Source: a bacterium
GTDB taxonomy: Bacteria; Tectomicrobia; Entotheonellia; J063; CAVPRW01
Direction of reading: 5' to 3'
Assembly: GCA_046727435.1 (NCBI GenBank)
Contig: JBKPCR010000213.1
Span: 1 to 48,255 of the forward strand
DNA length: 48,255 nucleotides
A program made the position numbers and the translations under genes. Within the stretch, counting starts at the first letter, position 1; each line of letters opens with the position of its first letter. Positions 39,140 through 46,867 of this stretch are shown here, piece by piece. The notes below the pieces were generated by a model. It did no database searches. It was not told the DNA's origin and saw only the letters and a program-made list of their open reading frames with translations.

Positions 39140-40149
39140 CGATACCCGACCCATGTGCTCAAGAACGGCTGGATCCGCTCCAGGGTCTCGGCGATCGTCG
39201 TGTAATCCACGTCCATGCCCTTGAGGGAGTCGGGCGTTGGCACCCCTTCGGGCGTCTTCACGCCCGGCCCGAGGGGCATTTGCGCCGCCGGAGAGACCGC
39301 GAGCTTCTCCTCCACCTCGGCCGAGAGCAGGTAGTCGATCAGCTGCTTGGCAGGCCCGGGATGAGGACTGCTCTTGAGCATCGCGACCATGTTGGGCATG
39401 ATGAGCGTCCCGACGCCATCCTGATCCGGGTAGACCACCTCCACCGGCTTTTGCTCCGTGACGGCCACGTGGGCATCATCGGTATCGGTGAAGCCCCAGG
39501 CCACCTCTCCGGCGGCGACCAAGTCCCGCACCTCGCCGTTACTGGTCGCGATCCTGACGCCGTTGTGCCGCATCTGCTCGAAGAACGCCTTGGCGCGGCT
39601 CTCGCCCCAGAGGGCGAAGAGGGCCGCGGCGTGAATCGTCGAGGTGCCAAAGAGCGGGTTAGCAAAGGCGGCCTGGCCTTTCCACGCTGGGGCGGTGAGG
39701 TCTAGGACCGAGTGCGGGGCGTCTCCGGACTTGACCAGCTGCTGGTCGTAGACGATCACCCGCGCCCGTGCCGAGAACCCGGTCCAGTAGCCCTCGGCAT
39801 CCCGATACTGCGGGGGGATCCGCTCCCGATTGGGTGATCGATAGGCGGTCAGGACCCCTTTTCGTTGCAGGACAATGGGCCGGACGGGATCGTTACTCCA
39901 GAAGACATCGGCCTGCGGGTTGGCCCGCTCGGCCATCAGACGGTTGACGACCCCGGTGCTTTTGGTCTCCTCCGTGTCGTACACGGCTTTGACGGTGATG
40001 CCTGTCTTGGCTTCGAAGGCGTTCAGGATCGGTTCCGAGAAGACCTGATCCTCGGAGGTATACACCACGACCTGTTCAGCGGCGCGAGCGCTGCCGTTGA
40101 GGAGGCCCACCACCAGGAGCGCGAGGCCGCCGATTAGCATCCGCATCAT
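39136..40149 (-). CDS. FbpA/AfuA-type ABC substrate-binding protein
   Basis: Signal peptide. FEAKTGITV, NPQADVFWS, WTGFSARARVIVY and AKQLIDYLLS motifs. Confidence 0.88.
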   Translation of the reverse strand: MMRMLIGGLALLVVGLLNGSARAAEQVVVYTSEDQVFSEPILNAFEAKTGITVKAVYDTEETKSTGVVNRLMAERANPQADVFWSNDPVRPIVLQRKGVLTAYRSPNRERIPPQYRDAEGYWTGFSARARVIVYDQQLVKSGDAPHSVLDLTAPAWKGQAAFANPLFGTSTIHAAALFALWGESRAKAFFEQMRHNGVRIATSNGEVRDLVAAGEVAWGFTDTDDAHVAVTEQKPVEVVYPDQDGVGTLIMPNMVAMLKSSPHPGPAKQLIDYLLSAEVEEKLAVSPAAQMPLGPGVKTPEGVPTPDSLKGMDVDYTTIAETLERIQPFLSTWVGYR

Positions 40150-40844
40150 TGGGCTCCTCCCCTGACGCCACGCACGACCAGATCATCGAAGGCGGTGATG
40201 GAGTCGGCCTTGGTCCACAGGCCCACCTGACCGGCGCGAAAGCGGGCGTCACGATGATCGAGCAGGGGCTGGCCGTCGAGCGAGGCCTGGATGTGATCGC
40301 CCACCGCGACGACTCGGAGCGTATGCCACTGGCCGAGCGCCGGCGGCTGGACCTTCGCCGAGGCGAGCTGGTGCCGGCTGCCATTGTAATAATACAGCCG
40401 AAAATTGTTCTCTAACGCGTTGGCCCGCACGACGTAGTAGCGCCCGTCGGCAAAGCGAAAGACGATGCCGCCGGAGGCATCTTCCCGGCCGGACATCGGT
40501 TTGAAGCGGACGGAGACGTCGACGTCCGTGTACGGCCCTCCGGGGGCGACGAGCACGTCGAAGGCGTTCTTCACGGCGCGCTGGACGAGCACCCGTTGGC
40601 CGCTGGGGGCCCCGGGCATCTCTTCCACGGCCCACTGACCGTCGACCGTGGTCCAGCCCTCAAGGTTCCCCGGCTCGAAGTCGAAGCGCTCCACGGCAGC
40701 CGCCTCAGGGACATTCAGCTCGGCCGCGTTTGCCAGCGATGGAGCGCTGGGGCGGTCTGCGATGGATCCAAAGACCCAAAACCCGCCGAGCACGATCAGC
40801 GCAAGCCCACAAGCATAACGCACAAATGGCTTGATCCGTTGCAT
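40146..40844 (-). CDS. Exported DUF1080-like beta-jelly-roll protein
   Basis: YYVVRANALENNFRLY, WHTLRVVAVGDHI and GQVGLWTKADS. Confidence 0.8.
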   Translation of the reverse strand: MQRIKPFVRYACGLALIVLGGFWVFGSIADRPSAPSLANAAELNVPEAAAVERFDFEPGNLEGWTTVDGQWAVEEMPGAPSGQRVLVQRAVKNAFDVLVAPGGPYTDVDVSVRFKPMSGREDASGGIVFRFADGRYYVVRANALENNFRLYYYNGSRHQLASAKVQPPALGQWHTLRVVAVGDHIQASLDGQPLLDHRDARFRAGQVGLWTKADSITAFDDLVVRGVRGGAQ

Positions 40845-41021
40845 GCGAGGCTCCTTACGTGTAGGTCAGCTCAAACACACGCGTCACATGTTGTGCTAGC
40901 CCATGCCGATCCTCATGTGGAGGCATGGACGTAATCTTCTGTTATGTGAGGTCAGGCACACCAAACGCCGGCTCTGGCGCCGGGGCCCTCCCCCTGAAAG
41001 CGCCAGATCGTACCTGGGGTC

Positions 41022-41220
41022 TTACTGAGGCGGCGCGACGTCCTGCTGTTGCACCGCCGACTCATCCAACCGCTCCGCAACGGCCTTCGCCGTCTCATCC
41101 TTGACCAGGGTGACCTCCGCTATCGAGCGCTCCGACGCCACGAGCGCAGGCACGATGCCGACGAGGTGAAAGCCCCGATGGGCTTTCGGGGCATTCACGG
41201 CGACGGTGTGGAGCGACCAC
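41022..41220 (-). pseudogene. C-terminal fragment of a PepSY-like exported protein
   Basis: AVNAPKAHRGFHLVGIVPALV...IAEVTLVKDETAKAVAERLD reads like a real C-terminus with no start. Family assignment is tentative. Confidence 0.35.
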
Positions 41221-41227
41221 GGCGCCA

Positions 41228-42463
41228 TTACCCCATCCGCACCAGCGGCCAGAGGGCCAGGCCGACGAGTCCGGAGAGCGCCACCAGCACCGGTTCCGGG
41301 ACTTTGAAGCGCCATAAGACCCCGAGGCTGACGAGCCCGATGAGCGCCGTGGGCCAGTCGATGAGTGCCCGCGCGCCGAGCAGCACGACGGCGCCCGTGA
41401 TGGCGCCGGTGGCGGCCGCAGTGGCCCCGTCCACGAAGGCCTTCAGCTGCGGATTATCTCGGTGGCGTTTGAACCAGGGGGCGGGGACAATGGTGAAGAC
41501 ATAGACGGGCAGGAAGATGCCGATCGCGGCCATGATCGCCCCGGCCAACCCAGCGACGAGGAACCCGATGAATGCCACCGTGATCACCACGGGGCCGGGG
41601 GTAATCATCGCCACCGCGACGGCGTCCAGGAACTGGTGCTCGTTCAGCCAGCCGAATTGCTGGACCACCCCTTGGTGCAAAAACGGAATGATGGCCAGCC
41701 CGCTGCCGAAGACAAACGCACCGGCCTTGGTGAAAAACAGCAGAATCTGGGCCAGGACATCCGTCGAATCGGCGGCGGTTCCGGCGTGACGGAGCCAGGC
41801 CTCGAGCCACCAGACGGCTACCCCCACTCCCATGCCACCCAGTCCCATGAGCAGACCCCGTTGCCAGCCCGGCCACGCCCGGCCTAGCAGCACCACCAGC
41901 CCCGCCAGGATAAAAAACTCCGCCAGTTCGGCTTGGGCCCAGATGGTGACCGCGGTGAGTATGACGAAGATGCCCCAGAGCAACGGATCGCGCTTGTTGG
42001 TACTGCGGGCGAGCTTGTACGCCGCGATGGCGATGATGGCGATGACCGTGGCGCCGATCGCATAGAAGAGCGCTTGCATCCACCACAACCCGCCATACGC
42101 GATGTAGGCGAGCGAGATGGCCACCACCATCAGAAACGAGGGCAGCACGAAGGCGAGCCCGGTGAAGGTGGCACCCAGGATGCCGCCTTCGAAATAGCCG
42201 ATGGCGATGGCCACCTGTGCCGCGAGCGGTCCCGGCATGATCTGGGCGAGGGCGAGGGAGAGCTTGTACGTCTCCTCCGTGATCCACCGTCGGCGCTCCA
42301 CCAGGTCCCGGTGCATGAAGCCGACCAACGCGACCGGCCCGCCAAAACCCCACGTGCCGAGTTTGAGAAAGTACACGGTAAGCGGCCAGCGCCCTACGCC
42401 ACTTCCCACGACGGGCGCGTCGTAGCCTCGTGGCCCAACTGATTCAGACGGCGACAGTGACAT
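41228..42463 (-). CDS. chrA: Long-chain chromate efflux transporter (second copy)
   Basis: FLKLGTWGFGGP..IMPGP and KAGAFVFGSG..MITPGP. GGAGG RBS before ATG 42463. Confidence 0.93.
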   Translation of the reverse strand: MSLSPSESVGPRGYDAPVVGSGVGRWPLTVYFLKLGTWGFGGPVALVGFMHRDLVERRRWITEETYKLSLALAQIMPGPLAAQVAIAIGYFEGGILGATFTGLAFVLPSFLMVVAISLAYIAYGGLWWMQALFYAIGATVIAIIAIAAYKLARSTNKRDPLLWGIFVILTAVTIWAQAELAEFFILAGLVVLLGRAWPGWQRGLLMGLGGMGVGVAVWWLEAWLRHAGTAADSTDVLAQILLFFTKAGAFVFGSGLAIIPFLHQGVVQQFGWLNEHQFLDAVAVAMITPGPVVITVAFIGFLVAGLAGAIMAAIGIFLPVYVFTIVPAPWFKRHRDNPQLKAFVDGATAAATGAITGAVVLLGARALIDWPTALIGLVSLGVLWRFKVPEPVLVALSGLVGLALWPLVRMG

Positions 42464-42537
42464 CGTGATCCTCCAGCGACCCCTGTTCACGTAGGTGACG
42501 TCTGCATCCACGCCTCTAGGGACCGGCGTGCGCCCGG

Positions 42538-43449
42538 TTATGGCCGTTGAGTATCAAGCGCGGCCTTTAACCCCGTGGCGAGCACGCGGGTCGGGCCCAC
42601 GCCCCAGTAGTGCAGAAAGACCGTACGCGGCGATTCCCCGATCATGTGATTATGGATCGCGACGATATTGATCCCAGCTCCGCGCAAGGCTTTGAGCACC
42701 GGCTGCACCTCGGGCTCAAACATGACGAAATCGCCATCGACCACAGCTTTCTCATCGCTCCCGGCAAACGCCGCCCATGTATTGACGCCCATGGTATTGC
42801 CGACCTCATGGCCGTCCATCTTCGTGGTACGCCCGATGGTGACCTTGTAGACGCCATTGGCCAATTGGCCCTTCACCCCGAGGACGTCCTCGATCGCCTT
42901 GGGATCCAGTGACGTTTGTGCCGGGCTGAGATCGACCCGCGGGACCTCCCCCTTGCCGCCGCTGGTGTCTTTGATCATGCCAAACACCTTGCCCACCGCT
43001 CCAGCCAGTTGCCCTTCATCGCCCATACCACCGATATGCATGAACATCACTTTTGGCGTGTCCCAGAAGAAGTGGTTGTGCAGCGCGGTGACCTCCAGGC
43101 CGTTGTCAAGGGCCGTGCTCATCACGGCATTCACCTGGTCTTCCAGCATGACCATATCGCCCATGACCATGGCCTGCTCTCCGGCCTTCTGAAACGCCGC
43201 CCACGACGTCAGTCCTAAGGGTGGCGTCATCTTGACGCCGGCCGCCGTGACGTCGAGGTCGCTGCGCGACACACTGACCTTGAACACGCCTTCTTTCTCG
43301 CTCAATTCGCCTTTGACCCCCGTCAGCCGCTCGATCGTGGCGGTATCAAGGGCCTTCTCTCCGGTCAGAGCGGTTGTTGGACTCCAGAGGAGCCCAACGA
43401 TGGCCAACGTGTACGCGATGGTGAGGTGGTGAAGCATGCGTGCGTTCAT
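42538..43449 (-). CDS. DUF1259 (LppY/LpqO-like) exported protein, two repeats
   Basis: TALHNHFFWDTPKVMFMH and VAIHNHMIGESPRTVFLHYW. Confidence 0.88.
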   Translation of the reverse strand: MNARMLHHLTIAYTLAIVGLLWSPTTALTGEKALDTATIERLTGVKGELSEKEGVFKVSVSRSDLDVTAAGVKMTPPLGLTSWAAFQKAGEQAMVMGDMVMLEDQVNAVMSTALDNGLEVTALHNHFFWDTPKVMFMHIGGMGDEGQLAGAVGKVFGMIKDTSGGKGEVPRVDLSPAQTSLDPKAIEDVLGVKGQLANGVYKVTIGRTTKMDGHEVGNTMGVNTWAAFAGSDEKAVVDGDFVMFEPEVQPVLKALRGAGINIVAIHNHMIGESPRTVFLHYWGVGPTRVLATGLKAALDTQRP

Positions 43450-43502
43450 GGTGATCCCCCTTCTCATCACCTGGTCTCGTTCATCTTTGCCTTGAGCACG
43501 TG

Positions 43503-44195
43503 CTAGCGTGCTGCATCCGTCTTCACCGTGAGGTTGTCGAAGGAGGTCACGCTGTCCGCCTTGGTCCACAGCCCGACCTTCCCCGCATCTTTAAATCTGG
43601 CATCATCCGCCTCAAACAAAAACTTATCGTTGAGGAATACCCTGAAGTGTGTGCCCTTCACCTCCAACGTGAGGGTCTGCCACTCGTTCGCTGGCACTTT
43701 CACGTTCACACCGGCAAACTGCTGGCGCTTGCCGCGTTCGACCCTGTAGAGTCGTACGTTATCTTCCAGGGCGTTAGCCCGGACGATGTAGTAGTTGTCC
43801 TGATCCCGGTATCGCGCCAGAAGTCCTGCAGCCTGGTCCACCGTCCCGGAGACCGGCTTGAATGTGACGGACACTTCCACATCTTTCGCCGCTAGGCGGT
43901 CATAGATGCAGAGTGGAAAGCGGGAGGACGTCTTATCGGTACTCGTCTGCGCGAGCACCTTCCCGCCGCTTGGGGCCGTGGCGTCATCAACGACACGCCA
44001 TTCTCCTGGCCCTCCGCCGCCCGTGACCGCGGTCGAGAAGCCGGCTGGGAGCTCGCCCACGGTCGCCGTATCAAAATCCACCATGATGCTCTCACGTGCC
44101 CCCGTCCCTCCGGCCTCGGCCGAAAGCTCCCAGGCTATACACGCCAACAGGAGCAGCATGGCATATGCGCGTATTGTTGCCTTGCGTCTCGGCAC
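43503..44195 (-). CDS. Exported DUF1080-like protein (second copy)
   Basis: YYIVRANALEDNVRLY, GKVGLWTKADS and a signal peptide. Confidence 0.8.
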   Translation of the reverse strand: MPRRKATIRAYAMLLLLACIAWELSAEAGGTGARESIMVDFDTATVGELPAGFSTAVTGGGGPGEWRVVDDATAPSGGKVLAQTSTDKTSSRFPLCIYDRLAAKDVEVSVTFKPVSGTVDQAAGLLARYRDQDNYYIVRANALEDNVRLYRVERGKRQQFAGVNVKVPANEWQTLTLEVKGTHFRVFLNDKFLFEADDARFKDAGKVGLWTKADSVTSFDNLTVKTDAAR

Positions 44196-44252
44196 GTGTG
44201 TCTCCCCTCGTGGTAAACTCAGAGCTTGACACGCAGCCTTTCCAACGCCAGC

Positions 44253-44708
44253 TCAGATGTGACCGGCGAGCTTGGGAACGGGCCACGTGCCACCGCAGTA
44301 GACATAGAGCGCATCGTAGAGAGGAAACTCGCGCTCGAGCTTCTCGTGGTCGCCGATCTCCATCTGCTGGAACCCGCCGGCAATGGCATCAAGCCCGCGT
44401 GATTCGGGCGTGAGGTCTTTATCCGACGTATCCGCCCCGCGCACGATGAGCGCCAGGCGGTCGAGGGCTGGGTCTTTGCCTTCCAGGTTATACTTCCGCA
44501 TCACCGCGTCAAAGCTACAGAAGGGCCCGTGGTGGCCCAGTTCCACGCCCTGGATGTCATAGGGGATCGCCCCTTGTTTTTCGGCTTCGGCGAGCACCTC
44601 GTCCGCTGGCACATAGATGAACTCCGGCGTTGGATCGATAAAGCGGCTGATGAGCCACGGACAGGCAATCCGGTCGATTTTCGCTCGTGCACGTGTGATC
44701 CATTTCAT
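44253..44708 (-). CDS. Chromate resistance protein, stand-alone ChrB C-terminal domain (ChrF-like)
   Basis: MKWITRARAKIDRIACPWLISRFID, HHGPFCSFD, IVRGAD and LYDALY. Confidence 0.9.
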   Translation of the reverse strand: MKWITRARAKIDRIACPWLISRFIDPTPEFIYVPADEVLAEAEKQGAIPYDIQGVELGHHGPFCSFDAVMRKYNLEGKDPALDRLALIVRGADTSDKDLTPESRGLDAIAGGFQQMEIGDHEKLEREFPLYDALYVYCGGTWPVPKLAGHI

Positions 44709-45697
44709 GTGCGCTCTCCTTCTGATGCACGTGTGATTGTTCTCCCACGTCCGCCCAGCTGCCCTCGCCGGGTGAGCGCGGTATAGAGTCCCTCATAGAG
44801 GGCCACCCCGTGACTCTCAAGCTCGCAATCGGAGAGCCCCGCCAGGAGCCAGCCCTTCAGCACCTCATCGACCCCCGTAGTCTCCGGGTGTGCATAGCGG
44901 CCATCGCGCAAATCGATCTCATGGACAATCTCCCCCATCGTGCGCAGGCTCTGGTCGTCCAGGCCGAAAGCAGCAACCATGGTTTCAAACGTGCAGGGGT
45001 TCCCCCGATGCCCGAAGGTGCCCTCCCGCATGTCGAAGGCGACCTCATCCGGCCCGGGTGTCTTGGCGTAGCGGATGACGGCCGCGGGGTTGATGAAGCG
45101 TCGGATGAGCCAGATGCAGGCCAGCCGGTCCACATGTGGCCGTGGCCGGGTGACCTAGTGCGCCTCCCGGTAGGCCTCAAGGGCTGCAGGGGTCACGGAT
45201 GCGGCCGCGCCTTCGCCGGCCGACAGCGCCTGGGCAATGCGCCCGAGGCGTGAGGTGAGAGGGCCCCCTTGCGGCGCATCAAAGAAATCGATGCGGGCCA
45301 CTTCGGCGTGTTGTCGCCGCAAGCGCTCAAGCACCTCCCGCAACTGGGAGCGCTCCTCTGGTTTCAGCTCCGGGTTGAGCTGCGCTTCAAGCGCTGCCGC
45401 CTGGGCGTCGAGGGCCGTATAGTCCTCCGCCCGCGCCTTCCGGAAGCGGTCCATCAGTTCCGCATCCGAGAGCCCCTCGAACTGCTCAACTCTCATCACC
45501 AGGGCCTCCCCCTTGGCATGCTGGACCTCTTCGGCCAACCATTGGAAGGCCTCAAGGCACTCTTCCCGGGCGGGCAGGACTTGGATGCCTCCCGTCGGCG
45601 AGAATGCCCCCAGGCGGCCCAACCACCGCCAAAGGGCGACTCGGGGGCTCGAGTGCCCTTTCGAGGGCAACGAATAGGAAAAAACCACCCACGTCAT
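44705..45697 (-). pseudogene. chrB: chrB chromate sensor/regulator interrupted by an in-frame TAG
   Basis: ChrB N-domain (RVALWRWL, IDFF) then AH*VTRPRPHVDRLACIWLIRRFI. The TAG at 45155-45157 replaces the Trp of WVTR. Confidence 0.88.
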
Positions 45698-45723
45698 GGT
45701 ATGCCTCCTGTTCCGAGGATGAA

Positions 45724-45761
45724 TGTAATATATGTTTCTTCGATATGCAACTTTAATTTCA
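45724..45761. promoter_or_regulatory. Tandem imperfect palindromes upstream of chrB (candidate ChrB operator)
   Basis: TGTAATATATGTTTC (45724) and TGCAACTTTAATTTCA (45746), 22 bp apart, in an AT-rich patch just upstream of the chrB RBS. Confidence 0.5.
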
Positions 45762-45943
45762 CCTGATAACGGGTTTTGCAGAAGACAGATTGCCCACAGC
45801 GCCTTAGAGCATTTCGAAGCGAAGGGCAGCGAAACGACGTATTGTATGCCTTCTACTCTGTTACCCCTTAATCCCTGTCACCTCACCCCCCAACACGACC
45901 GCTAGGCGGCCTTTGGCTTTCCTACGAAAGGGCTTCGCCGTGG

Positions 45944-46204
45944 ATGCCTTCTGAGTCTTATGCGTATCATTACATCCGTTTCGACCGGACGGACGCCATG
46001 TCGGAGGAGGAAGTTCGGGCATTACTGGCAGAGCACGGCTTTCGCGTGGCGAACATAGGTTACCGCATCACACGTGACGGCCGAAGTTTTGAGTATCGCA
46101 TGACCATTCGGACCACAGACCCCAACAACACCGCTCACCTCGCCGCCTCGTTGCGCAAACTAGAAATTGCCCGCGAATTCCGCCTTTCACCTATGGGTGA
46201 CTAG
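45944..46204 (+). pseudogene. C-terminal (ACT-like) fragment of an MgtC/SapB-family protein
   Basis: MPSESYAYHYIRF...HGFRVAN...FEYRMTIR...EFRLSPMGD. The membrane domain is missing. Confidence 0.6.
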
Positions 46205-46257
46205 GCGGAAATCCAATGTTACCTTCACACTGCCATACTCCCGCGACCACGCTAGGC

Positions 46258-46286
46258 TTGACATTTGTCGTGCCACATGATATATG
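46258..46286 (+). promoter_or_regulatory. Candidate sigma70 promoter for the riboswitch leader
   Basis: Perfect TTGACA, 17 bp, then TATATG preceded by TGn. About 25 nt upstream of riboswitch 1. Confidence 0.45.
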
Positions 46287-46308
46287 CATGCGATCCTTTG
46301 CAGTACTT

Positions 46309-46469
46309 GCTATAGAGGTGGAGCATACGGGAAGAGGGTGTCATTCCCTCACGGGCGCGCCACTGTGATCGGGGACGAACGCCAACAGGACATACCACTG
46401 GCGGGGATACCGCTGGGAAGGTGTTGGCTAGTAGGACGATCCGTCAGTCAGGAGACCGCCCTCTATAGC
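46309..46469 (+). ncRNA. Cobalamin riboswitch 1
   Basis: P1 GCTATAGAG/CTCTATAGC. GGGAAGAGGGTG..ATTCCC, GCCACTGTGA, CCACTG..GGGAAGG and B12 box AGTCAGGAGACC. Confidence 0.92.
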
Positions 46470-46525
46470 TTAGACGAAGCCTCCTTCGCGGGATGAGGAG
46501 CGACCCATATGATTCCTTCGTAGAC

Positions 46526-46560
46526 ACCCTCACCGGGGATATCCGTGGGGGTTTTTTATT
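46526..46560 (+). terminator. Intrinsic terminator (expression platform of riboswitch 1)
   Basis: ACCCTCAC...GTGGGGGT stem followed by TTTTTATT. Confidence 0.8.
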
Positions 46561-46690
46561 GCCCGGCGGTCGCACGAAGGACCATCGGAAACCGCGCTTA
46601 ACGCTCGACGAGACTGGAGGTGCAGATGACGACAGTTGTGCCGTGTATTGGCATGGCGTGACTATTCACACTACTGAGGTTGGAATCTTC

Positions 46691-46838
46691 ACCCTGGAGT
46701 ATGGGGAAGCCGGTGTAAATCCGGTGCTGCCCCGCAACTGTGAACGGGGACGAAACCTGCGGCAGACCACTTGCCTAACGGCTGGGAAGGAGCAGGGAGT
46801 AGGATGATCCGTGAGCCAGGAGACCTGTATTCCGGGGT
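46691..46838 (+). ncRNA. Cobalamin riboswitch 2
   Basis: P1 ACCCTGGAGTAT/GTATTCCGGGGT. GGGAAGCCGGTGTAAATCCGG, CCCCGCAACTGTGA, GGGAAGG and GAGCCAGGAGACC. Followed by an SD-sequestering hairpin CCTTTC-GCGG-GAAAGG. Confidence 0.93.
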
Positions 46839-46867
46839 CCGCGAGCACACCCTTTCGCGGGAAAGGA

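Noticed and set aside
40860-40960. Hairpin CCATGCC...GGCATGG upstream of the DUF1080/ABC genes as a metal or fluoride riboswitch
   Set aside because: No conserved nucleotides of NiCo, fluoride, yybP-ykoY or Moco aptamers recognised. Only a single stem.
45155-45157. Pyrrolysine or amber read-through in chrB
   Set aside because: The TAG replaces a conserved Trp by a single transition. No pyl genes are in the window, and TAG is used as a normal stop elsewhere (e.g. 3404, 23054).
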